A DNA stretch of 63,989 nucleotides, counting the filler, from Porpidia crustulata (lineage: Eukaryota): the NCBI GenBank assembly GCA_964255105.1. It is 5 parts of 5 records of this genome, joined end to end, with 100 filler letters (N's around TTAATTAATTAA, not from the genome) between each part and the next. Parts side by side here need not be neighbours in the genome. Positions count along the whole stretch, not along the records: positions 1 to 12,777 come from CAXUWE010000485.1; 4 more parts are not named here. One strand, 5' to 3'. The position numbers and the translations under genes were made by a program. Each line of letters opens with the position of its first letter. Position 1 is the first letter of the stretch. The notes beneath the pieces are model-generated. The model had not been told where the DNA came from. It saw only the letters and a list, made by a program, of their open reading frames with translations, and did no database searches. This document shows, piece by piece, positions 1 through 10,437 of the stretch.

Positions 1-747
1 TACTCGTCATCTCCTCACATTTATCATTTTCTTTCCATGTTTACTTTATACCAAAACACATACTTTTATCGCTTTGCGCTAAAATCAAAAATCCAGGATT
101 CTTGGCACCTCTCATCTGAAATTTTCAAGACCTGGACGTTCAATGTTGAAGCGTGGTCGCGATTGGTGGCCTTTCGATATATATAGAATTTATGTACAAC
201 GAAGAAGTTGTGCGACAAGGGGGGATGATTTAGACGAATGGCTCGGTTTAGTTTGGAGGAAAGGCAAGAAGAAAGAGGTGAAACCGTGACAAAAGAGAGC
301 TTCGAAAAAACTAGATAGATAAAGAAACGAGAGAAAGAGAAATGCAAAAAAAAAAAGAAGTTGCACAAAATTTGATTTCCAAAAACCCATCAGTCGTCAG
401 AACACAGCCTCTTCCGCGCCAAATCCCATCCGCGATCCCACGCGCCCCGTCCCGCCGAAACGCAGCAGACGCTGCACCTACACGTACTACGTAATTTGAG
501 GGGCTTAGTCAAAATAACCCTAAATTTTTCCCTCTATGCATGACTTATGACTCATACTCTTACAATGGTGTTGTGGTTTTATATTTTCTGCAGCGTCTTA
601 GAGATTATCGCACCCCTTTTTTCAAGTGGATATGTGATGATACGACCCGTTTGTCTATACACCTTACCCGTACGCCGTACATCGTCCCCTTCCGTATTCG
701 CCTTAGTGCTGGGGTTATACAATCTATCCCTTATTACAAGTATTCAA

Positions 748-852
748 TGCTAGTTCGGCCAAACCCGCAGCTCGGCCACCCTAGCTTAAAATCGGGCATA
801 TAACCCTAACCCTTGGTGTGGTGGCCGAACTGCGGGTTTGGCCGAACTAGCA
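748..852. mobile_element. Hairpin/MITE-like element with 33-bp terminal inverted repeats and telomeric loop (TAACCCTAACCC)
   Basis: Left arm 748-780 TGCTAGTTCGGCCAAACCCGCAGCTCGGCCACC matches the reverse complement of 820-852 at 32/33 positions. TAACCCTAACCC lies at 801-812. Confidence 0.8.
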
Positions 853-1357
853 GTTAACATGTGTGAATCATTTCCTCAGTATGTCGCTTACTATCCCTAA
901 ACCACCTCCCTTAGTCGCTACTCCTACTATTTCGAACAGGTTTCTCTGATGTTGAAGCTACGCAGATGATAGGATGATTATTTCGTTCACGGGCCGAAGT
1001 CTGTGTCTGCCTTATCCTTTTTGCGCAACTTAATTCTCACCCCTCAGCATTTGTTATTAGTCGCGATATCAAACCGCGGCTATCGCGCACTGATATAATC
1101 AAACCCTCTAGATTCCCCTTACAAGCCCCTAAGGCGCAGACATCTGGGACCTTTGCACTCATCAGTATACAATGCTCTTCTCGTGAACTTCTATTGTTCT
1201 CTACGCAATCTCGGCGTTGAGTTTCACATTTACGGGGAGTATTGAGTTTATTTTCTGTCCCTGTAGCTCCTTGATGAGGAGACAAGAGGGATATGCGGGC
1301 TACTCAGACTTCCTCGGAGTTATTCTCTCTCCAAAGGATATTCGATAGTCTCTCGCA

Positions 1358-3712
1358 ATGACAATGATCAATGATAGTTTGGCCTTCGTCCGTGACGAAG
1401 GCCAATCCTTCCGTGATATACACCCTTCATCAACAGATATGCGGCGACAAATGATAGATATTGCAACACATTATGGGTTTTTTCGCTCGCGGTCTCAAGA
1501 CTGGGTGAGTAGAATGCGTTTTTTGGTAAGTGCATTACAATAGAGTAGGCGAGCAAATCTGAGAGTACATGAAAATATCAAGCTCGTCCCACTACTTACA
1601 GTTCTATTAGCAATTATACGAGTCAATTACAGAAGAGAAACAAGAAGAAGCTGGCTCCTTGGAGCCTCCCTTGTCATCATTTATTAGTCCTGCTTCTGGT
1701 AATGACCAGATCATCATGAAATTGGCGGGCAGGTCGGTATTGGCAGATCCAGGAGCGTACGTTGCGGTATTATATTGCTGGAATCGCCAACAAGATCAGT
1801 GGCTCGTCACTCTTGATGATAAGAAGCTTCCACCAATTAAGATACTCAAAGAGGGCACCAGCACCAGCACAAGGCTAAGCATGATGCCGCCTGATGTCGT
1901 CCATCGAGCGATTGCCTACGCAAAGGAGCGAAAAATCAACGTCATCTGGATCGACCAGGAATGCATCAATCAGGATAACCAGAACGATAAAGAAGACGGT
2001 ATCCAGGCTATGGATATCATTTACCAAGGTTCTGATCATCCTATTGCCGTCTTGGAGTTGTGCTTTGAGACTCAGGCCGAGCTTGACGCTCTAGCCTCTG
2101 TCGTGGACACCGATCTCTTTGAATTTGATCCTGCCCAGATAGAAGCCTTGGCAGACATCCTTGGTGCTCTTTCCGATGACCAGTGGTTCGAGCGCGCTTG
2201 GACGTTGCAAGAGTCCACATCGGCGGGTGCGAGTATGGTCCTTCTCATCAGCGTTCCCGAAAACTTCACTAAGCCACCCTGTTTCGGTTCTCTTCCGTGG
2301 GATTTCGAGATGAATATCCAGGATCTTCAAGATGCTATGGTTAACGCGCGAAACTTGATTGAACAAGGTCTGGCCACGGGCGTCTGGGCTGATGATACTG
2401 ACAGCGCCATCTATGCTTCCAATTGTGCCGACGTACTTTGGAGTCGCATTCCCACCATGACCCCAGACCGGGGTCTATCGAGACGACAAGTCTCTTACCG
2501 TCAGGAATGTAATGCTGCCCAGGCTGTGAATTTTCTTGACGATCGTTACAATTCCGTCTTCCCGGACAGACTAGCCATCCTGGCGAACATATGCAATTAT
2601 GAATATCGAATTAATACCAAGATTTTAGTCCAGCCGGGCTATTCGTTTTCCACTTGCGTGCTTACACTAGCTATATTAAATGGTGATATGTCATTATTGG
2701 CGGGTTATGAAGACGCGGACGAAGCTGCCGGAAAGCGAGACAGGAAATCCAACTGGGTCATGGACACCGCCAGAGATGGTCGATCCATTAAGGATCTTCT
2801 TTATGGAAACGATGATGATGATTTGCCGTCAAACAGCTACGGGTTCTCATGGGGCCCCAAGCCTTCTGGAAGCCTAAGCAGTATCACCTATCTTCAGGAA
2901 GGGAAATCCAGGTTTCGACTGCAGCCAGCAAGTCTCTCAGCACACGGATGGAGAATTTGCGGTATATTGTGGCATATGGGATGTGCCGTCAGCGTGCCGA
3001 GAACGCAAATACAATTTGCAACGAGGTGGGAGAAAGAACTACAGCTTCAGGTAGCTGACGAACATGTTTTGGCAGGTTATGACAGACAGCGGCTTCTCCT
3101 GCAGGATTTTACCTGGACTTTGCTCTGTGAGCTCGTCGATCAGAAGTATGTCTCCTTGGCAAAGACATTATGGCACTTCCTCCAGCCACTCGAAAAAGCT
3201 GAGCTATCGGAATTCGATTCAATCACAGCACCTCGGCCTTACTCCTTCGACCATGTCTTGGTGTAGCACCGCCAAGGATAGAAGACTCTAGAACAAAACC
3301 ATCCTCATCAAAGCACGATGAGCAAGAGGTTAGAAATCGCTTACGGGGCGTTCACCTCTCGTTTGATCCCAAAAGTAAAGTACTGGATAGACCTGGCTTG
3401 GAAAGACGGCTCATCGAACAAGTGTGCCGAAGCGGGATATTATCCTGCGGCGTTCCTCTAAATTGCTACAACGACTCCGAACCGCGTGTCTGGTTCGAGT
3501 CCTCAAAAGAGGAGGATCTGCTCTTCACTCCACTTACGACAATTGGCGACGGGATAATCTATTCCAGATACTTCACTCGAGCCATTTCGTGGAAAGTTCG
3601 AAAAGCTGAAGAGTTCGGTGGTGATGATTGCGAAGTCTTGCATTGTTTGGGTCGGCGGCGTGGATTTTGGCGCTTGGAGGGTCTAGAGCCAATAGATTGT
3701 ATTCTGGAATAA
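1358..3712 (+). pseudogene. HET-domain (heterokaryon incompatibility-type) protein with an apparent frameshift near 3258
   Basis: HET motifs YVAVLYCW, IWIDQECINQ, AMDIIY and WFERAWTLQE. Exon 1 (1358-1504) joins in phase through intron GTGAGT..TAG (1505-1610). The frame stops at 3266, but another frame is open from about 3250 to 3712. Confidence 0.7.
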
Positions 3713-4484
3713 AATCCGACTGAATGTAGTGAAGGGATTCATCGTTAGGAAGCACCCAAGGTAGACAAATCCTTGTCCATGAGTCACATCGAAGTGTAAA
3801 TGAATAATTGACTTGGATTGAATCAGAAGGTTTATGATCCACCATGCGAAAGCCGAGGTCGGCTCCCTTTCAATTGGGACATAAAACGAGTACCTTGGAT
3901 ACTAGTAAGCCTAGGGGCTCAATGCACGTCAAGGTGTCCTCAAAGTCTCTGCTGATACTACGTAGTAGTACGTTCTGCTCAGTGAAAAGCATCTTTAAAA
4001 TGACATATTGAGTCTTCGGGCACAAGTAGAAATCAAGAATCTCTCACAGGAAATTTGTTGCCGTATCGTACTGCATACATTTTTGGACTCCACTGCTTGC
4101 AGGAACTTCATTGGGGATTCGTCTGATCAGTATAGTTTTTGAGCGATGAACGCTATTGGCTACAGGATTGCTGTCTGTTCAATGTAGCGATAACACCACT
4201 TCACGTTGCCCCTATTACCCAAGACTGTTCCGTCCGAAATTGCACAGTGTACGATTTAGTATAGCTTTTATAGTTTTATCGAGTCTTGGGTAATCCAAAC
4301 TTGACGTGAAAAAGTTCACAAAATCATCGATACCATGTCTTGCACCCTTAATAGCTCAGCAACTCCCCTTAAAATCAAGATGTGGAGAAGATGTTGCCAT
4401 GGCCGTTGAAAACCATAGCGGTAGCATCATCGAGCTTAGATACGCAAAATGCATATTGCAAGCTTACAAAGATGACGACCTACT

Positions 4485-5786
4485 TCAAATGCTCAAACAA
4501 ACCTTCCCCTCCTTTGCAAGCAAAGAATGCCAGTAATCAAGGGCACGCACCAGACCAGTACTGTGTGATAGTGCCCCGCAGATGACGAGAACGTGCATAA
4601 TCTGGTGGCTCGCCCCATAAAGGTCAAACGCCTTTGGATACCATCGCTCCGGAATACGTGCCGCATAGACGGCTGTTCCAGTGGCATTCAATACACCGAG
4701 ACCGAGGAAATAGCTTATGGACATCCTTTTATTTTGCAGTTCCCAGCCGTTGAGAATGACACCATGGATAGCGGGGACGAATATGGATAGGCCGAGACAG
4801 CCGTACATAGCTGAGCGCAGCGGTCGATATGGAGGTCGCCTGAAACTTGGTCTCATCGTGAAGAAGGCGCACGCGATTGCTGTGGCTGAAGCCTGTTTGC
4901 AAATATGGTCTATTAAACAATGTTGTCAGACAAACAGGATTCCGTAAGAACGTACCATTGTCCAGTAGAAATACTGAAGTTGCTTGTCGCAATAGAAACC
5001 ATAGTAATCGCTGGGAATAGCAGATGCCCAGATAACGATCACGATACCTAAATGGTCAAGTTGGTTTCCTAGGGTGTGAACTTCTTTGCTGTGGTTCAGA
5101 AATATGTGAAAGCTATGGATGATTCGGTGACGTGAGTTGGTCATGCGCAGTGTACGTGGACGACAGAACTAACAGTGTGGAGAGTGAGAAGCATATCACA
5201 ACGCCCGAGCAAAAAATGCCAGTCATGAGGACATCCATCGACGTAGCGACAGCGTACCGAGGAGCAATTTGAAAACAGGAATACAGTAGAAACAGCCAGA
5301 AGAGGACCGCGCCAAGAAGATGGGACCAGATATTAACTGTCTAGCATGAGAAGATTATATCTACGATGACAAATTGTGGTTACCTGTTTCGTTGTGCAGT
5401 CCAAAAATGCTCAGAAACGATCTTCGATAAGAGAACGAAGCTTTTCTAGACATATCGTGAGTAACGCTCTGGAGATATATATAGGAAACGTGTCGGCGCA
5501 CCGATATCCTGTCAATACATATTCATTGTCCCTTTGGTGATTTTAGCCTCGACCTAATTAAGACAGTTCTTTAAAGACTCTCTCGTACCTCTGCCATTCA
5601 GCTGGAACGTAGTAGGAAAATTAGCATAGGTGACAGGTCGGCTTAAGTCAGCCACTACGCACGTAAATCCTTCCACTCGATCAGTTTGTTCTCTCTTAAC
5701 CTCTTTTAAAGTCAAGACTTAGTATCCCATTCTTGTTCTGCCTTAGGCTTCTTGTGATTTTTATTTGAACATACCGTGATAGGCAT
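4485..5786 (-). CDS. PAQR/haemolysin-III family membrane protein (IZH/adiponectin-receptor-like), multi-exon
   Basis: Spliced translation gives LPEWQRDNEYVLTGYR..HNETVNIWSHL, LDHLGI, RIPERWYPKAFD and GASHQIMH, all PAQR hallmarks. Confidence 0.85.
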
Positions 5787-6407
5787 TTCTGCTCCTTCCT
5801 ACAACAGTCAACTTTGTAAGGCTGAGCCGTCCAAGAAAAGTGGTGGAATTTTATTTTATGCGACGTCCGAAAGACGAATTCTAATCGAAGACCTACTCAT
5901 ATAGTCTCAGGATACTGACCAAGAAACAAAACAAGTAATTTGTTCCTCTCATGTTTAGTCATGCGCATTTATCATGTGTGATGTTCGAGCCTGTTCTAGG
6001 CCTCTTAGCCGCCGAACGTGCGTCTATGTTTCGCATCGCACCTACCAAACACTTCACTCTCCTAAAAATACCTCTTCGATAAATGCGGCATACTTTGTTG
6101 TCTCACACTCAAGCAAAGCCAATGACAATGGCGTATTGCATCCCAGGCGCCGAACCTCTTCGTGGCTTGAGTTCTCTAAGGGTCCCTAAGGGAGCAGGAG
6201 CAGCTCTGAAACATGTAGCCTCCCGGCACAGTCGATTCTTATCATGATCGTGAGAAAACCATCGGATTTCTTAAGAGATCTCGCTGCCACTCATATAGAT
6301 TTGCAGATGTGTGTGATTGCTAATTGGGTTTTCTAGCTTATGCTTCTTCCGATAAATCCCGTGTCGATATATCATTTCTGTCTATATACCCCTTGCTACT
6401 TTTACTT

Positions 6408-8289
6408 ATGTCTCTGATTGTATCAATTGCTTTTTTATTATTTCTACTACAATTATCCTTTGCAGTGCCCGTAACGTCTCCCTCGAACAAGTCTACCACA
6501 AAAATCCCTCCTAACACCCCATCTTCGAACTACGTCGGTTTTATTGGTGATCCAAATGGTCGAGGGACTGTTTCACTCTTGGTTAGCTGTCTATTAACAC
6601 TGTTGCTTTGTGTGTGGTCAGCATTGCATCTCAATGTTCCTCATCAGCGCAGCAGTAACTTTGATACATGTCTGCGTAACTTCAGGTGGGTTCTCGCTGG
6701 TATCTACGCGCCTGAGCTTGTAGTTTTTACTGCGTGGCGACAATGGGCTTCCGCGAAGCTACTTGGGAATCTGATCCAGAAGCTCTACACCGTGAATAAG
6801 GAACGGGGTCGCGACACCTTCGATCCTGCGACTGGGGTCATAAAAGCAAAGATATCTTTTAAGAAAAATTACAAATGGACTAGAGTACACGATTTCTTTG
6901 CCTGTACTGGTGGATTTGCTTTCGAAATGGAAGGTGGCACGTGCAGTGGAAGCGAAGAAAAGGATCTCGAATTTCTACCCTCAAGCTGTCCGAATCGTCT
7001 TACTTTGACAACACGAGGGATTGCTCTGCTTGCAGAATGTGGACATCTGCCTGATATTCCCGAGGGCGTGATACTCGACAAGAGTAAGGCTAATGATCTT
7101 GCGAAAGCGATGGTATTGATCCAGGCTTCGTGGATGTTATTACAGACTATAGGCCGTCTGATTACGAAGCTTCCGGTCACGCTTCTTGAAGTCAACACGG
7201 TTGCACATGTGTGAGTAATCCATTCCGGGCTAGCGTGGATATCAAGGTCATATGCTAAAGGTACTATCTAGTGGCTGCGTATTCTTGATGTATGTCTTAT
7301 GGTGGAACAAACCCCTACTTCCCAACGAGCCTATCATTCTACGAGGTGATTGGGTGCAGCCGTTGTGTGCGTATATGTACATGAGCAGTGAGATGAGCGG
7401 AACTTTAGAGAAACGAAAATCGCAAACATTGGTTAAGACTATTTTCGCTTCTATGAATTGGTTCTCCAGAATCCCGGAATTGGAACATATTTGCCTGTCT
7501 ACTGGTCTATCTGGCATGGCTGGTGATTCCACCGAGGGGCAAACAGAGCGTCAGACCGCGAGGATAGAATTAGCTCCAGAGTCATGTCTGGCCGAGCTTC
7601 ACTCCCGCAGAGTTGAGAAGGCAGCCAATACGGCATTCTTCGAGCGCCGTCCGCGAGTCGGCGGAGCCAAATCCCACCTAATCACGCAATCAGCCATCAT
7701 ACAGCGACGATGGGAGCTCATACATACGGCGATCGATCTCTACCCCACGATTCGCGAACAGTACGCTTTATACACACACCAACGCCCGGACCAGAATCAC
7801 TGCCAAAGCAAACGCCAGTGCATCCACTTTAATCCCGCCCCGCTGATCGTCGAGAACGTTCAAAATTGGCCCTCCGACGACCTCCTGCGTAGCGTCAGCG
7901 GGCTCCTGGTCGGAGTGGTCCTGTGGACCTTGAATTTTCTCTATGGCGGCATACACGCCGCCGTGTGGAACAATCACTTCCCTACCGCCGCCGAGAAATG
8001 GCTCTGGCGCACATCGGCAGCGTACATTGGGTTTTGCGGTAGCCTCTGGATCGTGCTCAACTACTTGACCATTCTGTACCCGCCACTGAACGAGTTCTGG
8101 GAGCGCTGGATGGACGGCATTTCGTCCTGGTTCTACTTCGCCGTGCTAGGCTCGTTGGTGTGCATCTGTGGGCTGTCGTTCATATTTGCGCGCGGGTTCA
8201 TTGTCACGGAGGCGTTCATCAGTATCAGGAGCTTGGAGGCGGCGGCGTATGATACCCCGGATTGGACGCAGATTTTTCCGCATTTCTGA
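6408..8289 (+). CDS. Conserved fungal multi-pass membrane protein of unknown function; intron about 7211-7271
   Basis: ORFs 6324-7214 and 7252-8289 are joined by a GTGAGT..TAG intron. Recurrent fungal family motifs: GRGT..SC..TL..CVWSALHLN, APE, DKSKA..LAK, LPVTLLE..T.AH, H..AW...FPT..E..LWR. Confidence 0.75.
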
Positions 8290-8376
8290 TCGATCTATCC
8301 TGAGGGGCCTGAAGGGGGTTACACTTGATAGCGTCACGTCTTGCAAAAGCGCATGAGGGAGCCGATGGCTAGCGCT

Positions 8377-8471
8377 ACTCGTTCCCACCCCCCAACGGTC
8401 CGCTACAGGTAGGGTTAGGGTTATATCGACTAGTTTTAATTGGGGCGGAGCGCTGGGGGGTGAAAACGAGT
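8377..8471. mobile_element. Telomere-loop hairpin element, family A
   Basis: Arms ACTCGTTCCCACCCCCCAACGGTCCGC and GCGGAGCGCTGGGGGGTGAAAACGAGT. Loop TAGGGTTAGGGTTATATCGACTAGTTTTAA. Homologous to the copies at 19565, 29364 and 59024. Confidence 0.8.
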
Positions 8472-8530
8472 GAGGAGGGGCCCCACCCCCCCACTGCGCC
8501 ATCAAAAAGCGGAATACTAAGTCGTTAAAC

Positions 8531-8625
8531 CTACTCAGGCTAGTTTTTCATCCTCGGACACAACTAGTGGGTTTAGGGCGAAATCATCGCTTCTGTGTCC
8601 GAAGATTAAAAACTAGCCTGAGCAG
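8531..8625. mobile_element. Hairpin/MITE-like element, family B
   Basis: 32-bp arms 8531-8562 and 8594-8625 match at 29/32 positions. The loop has GGGTTTAGGG. A second copy lies at 10022-10115. Confidence 0.8.
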
Positions 8626-8634
8626 CCATGGGGT

Positions 8635-8690
8635 TATCCCTTAAGCTGGTGATGGAGCAGCCACCAAGATGTTCGGCCACCTTACCTATA
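8635..8690. repeat. Dispersed repeat, family C (solo arm)
   Basis: TATCCCTTAAGCTGGTGATGGAGCAGCCACCAAGATGTTCGGCCACCTTACCTATA aligns without gaps to 58709-58764 on another contig, and more loosely to 58962-59016. Confidence 0.75.
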
Positions 8691-9047
8691 AAGCTAGAAT
8701 ATAGGTAGGTTCACTCCCCCCACACCACCCCATAACGTACAGAGAACGAACAAGGACTTAGAGCCTGATTGAATTCGGAATGCCTGATTCCTTCAACAAA
8801 ATCGCACTGCATACCTTGCGACATCATATCATCCACGGAACCTCATGGGATCCATACATATCTGCCTTGCCTCGCACACAATAAGCTATGTACGACCGAG
8901 AAACCCTTTGGGACCGAGTTCCCGGAGGACAACTTTGAGGGCGCCCAGCTTCCAAATTACGAGCTCCTTGCGCTGCCTTCCACCGTTGGCAGACCGTGCA
9001 CAGATCGACCTTTCCTGGATGGCTTCGTCGTTAGACCAGCACTGTTT

Positions 9048-9431
9048 TTATCTCGTCGAACCAAGCAAAAGCTTACGTTTGAACACATGTCCCGTGATTT
9101 GGATATGTTTTAATTGTAACACAGCAGCGACGATACCGAAGAAAATGGCAATCAGAGTATCGATGCTAGGGATCCAGGTGTTGGTGCTTGGTAGAGGACA
9201 AGGAGATGCTGGAACGTGGGTCTCATTGGATGACGACGGTAAAGCGAGTCCGGATGTTGCATTAACTTGTATTGGCGTTGAGAAATTTGTTGAGGAGTCG
9301 ACTGTTCGTTTGGTATAGTTGGCACTGATTGTGCTGGAGGGATCCGAGACAGCGCCGGACAGGCAATTTTGAATGCAGAGACATGCTGCCGATGATAGGA
9401 CAAGTGAAAGGCTGAATAGAAAATTCATCAT
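9048..9431 (-). CDS. Small orphan protein: signal-peptide-like N-terminus, Ser/Thr-rich middle, C-terminal hydrophobic helix
   Basis: 127-aa ATG-started ORF. MMNFLFSLSLVLSSAACLC resembles a signal peptide and IDTLIAIFFGIVAAVLQL resembles a transmembrane helix. No family recognised. Confidence 0.5.
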   Translation of the reverse strand: MMNFLFSLSLVLSSAACLCIQNCLSGAVSDPSSTISANYTKRTVDSSTNFSTPIQVNATSGLALPSSSNETHVPASPCPLPSTNTWIPSIDTLIAIFFGIVAAVLQLKHIQITGHVFKRKLLLGSTR

Positions 9432-10021
9432 GGATTCGCATCAGTTTTAAGATTGCAGCTTCCGGTGCCGGGTGGATGAACGTAGGCTAAGAAGAGTGGA
9501 TTGTACGTCTGCTCAGTCGTAGGAATCAGAAAATTAAAGAGTAGGAAGCGTGTTTATATGGACTACAAATGTAAGAATTTCCTATACGATGGCCAGTGGC
9601 ACAATGGCCATGTAGGGATCATTGGCCCAAGGCCACTAATGGCGTTGAAGATTATGCACACCTTATTCGTAGTTCGCAAGGAAATTCCGAATTTGCACGG
9701 GAAAGCCAAAATGAAATCTTTTCTTGCATGATAAATGTTATCGTAATAGGGTTGCGCACGACATACATGAGGCTCAACCAAGGTACGAAGAAGAACCGAA
9801 ATAACCTTATTCGACCAATGATGGCAAAACATCACCGTAAGGCTCGAGGAATGGCCTATGATGCGAGAATATTTTACACTCTATCAGGCTGAAACGCGCA
9901 CTTACATCCTAGCAGCCTGAAACACGACCGAAACTGCCTGCAGATAAGAAGCAAAGGTAACTTTAGGCGGGCGCCTTCTGCTCCAATCAGACAAGATTCC
10001 GCATGAAGGAATGGCTAGAAA

Positions 10022-10115
10022 TACTCAGGCTGGTTTTTAATCTTCGGACACAGAAGCGAGAATACCGGACTAAAATCAACCTTTTGTGTCCGAACACTAA
10101 AAACTAGCCTGGGTA
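10022..10115. mobile_element. Hairpin/MITE-like element, family B (inverted relative to the 8531 copy)
   Basis: Arms TACTCAGGCTGGTTTTTAATCTTCGGACACAGAAG and CTTTTGTGTCCGAACACTAAAAACTAGCCTGGGTA. CAGAAGCGA is the reverse complement of TCGCTTCTG in the 8531 copy. Confidence 0.8.
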
Positions 10116-10437
10116 GGCGCGGGAACATGGTGCTCCAACAGAGCCACAAGCAGCAGTCCCAGATTTCCAGCAGCCCTCGAGACGAAGCTCAATCGCTCAA
10201 CTTCACAGCCAAGAGAGGCAAGGTTGGAAATTCTTCAGACACCATTAAATACAGCGGTGCGCCTTGCGTGTCGACGTTGTGGCTGTACTTTCATGACACA
10301 TTGTTGAAACATGATCTGTTCAAATTCTGCCCCTGAATGGCCAGTGGCCACACTGTGCAGGTCAGCATGTCAGACGTGAACGACATATATCGCCGTTCGT
10401 GTCCCTACACTTCCATTCTATTGTTCCATGAACATTC

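Noticed and set aside
66..390. Phe-rich minus-strand ORFs at the window start
   Set aside because: They are translations of an A-rich low-complexity tract, with no protein-like features.
801..812. TAACCCTAACCC as a telomerase RNA template or a true telomere remnant
   Set aside because: It occurs in multiple copies, in both orientations and always inside short hairpins. Telomerase RNA is single-copy, and no long telomeric array is present.
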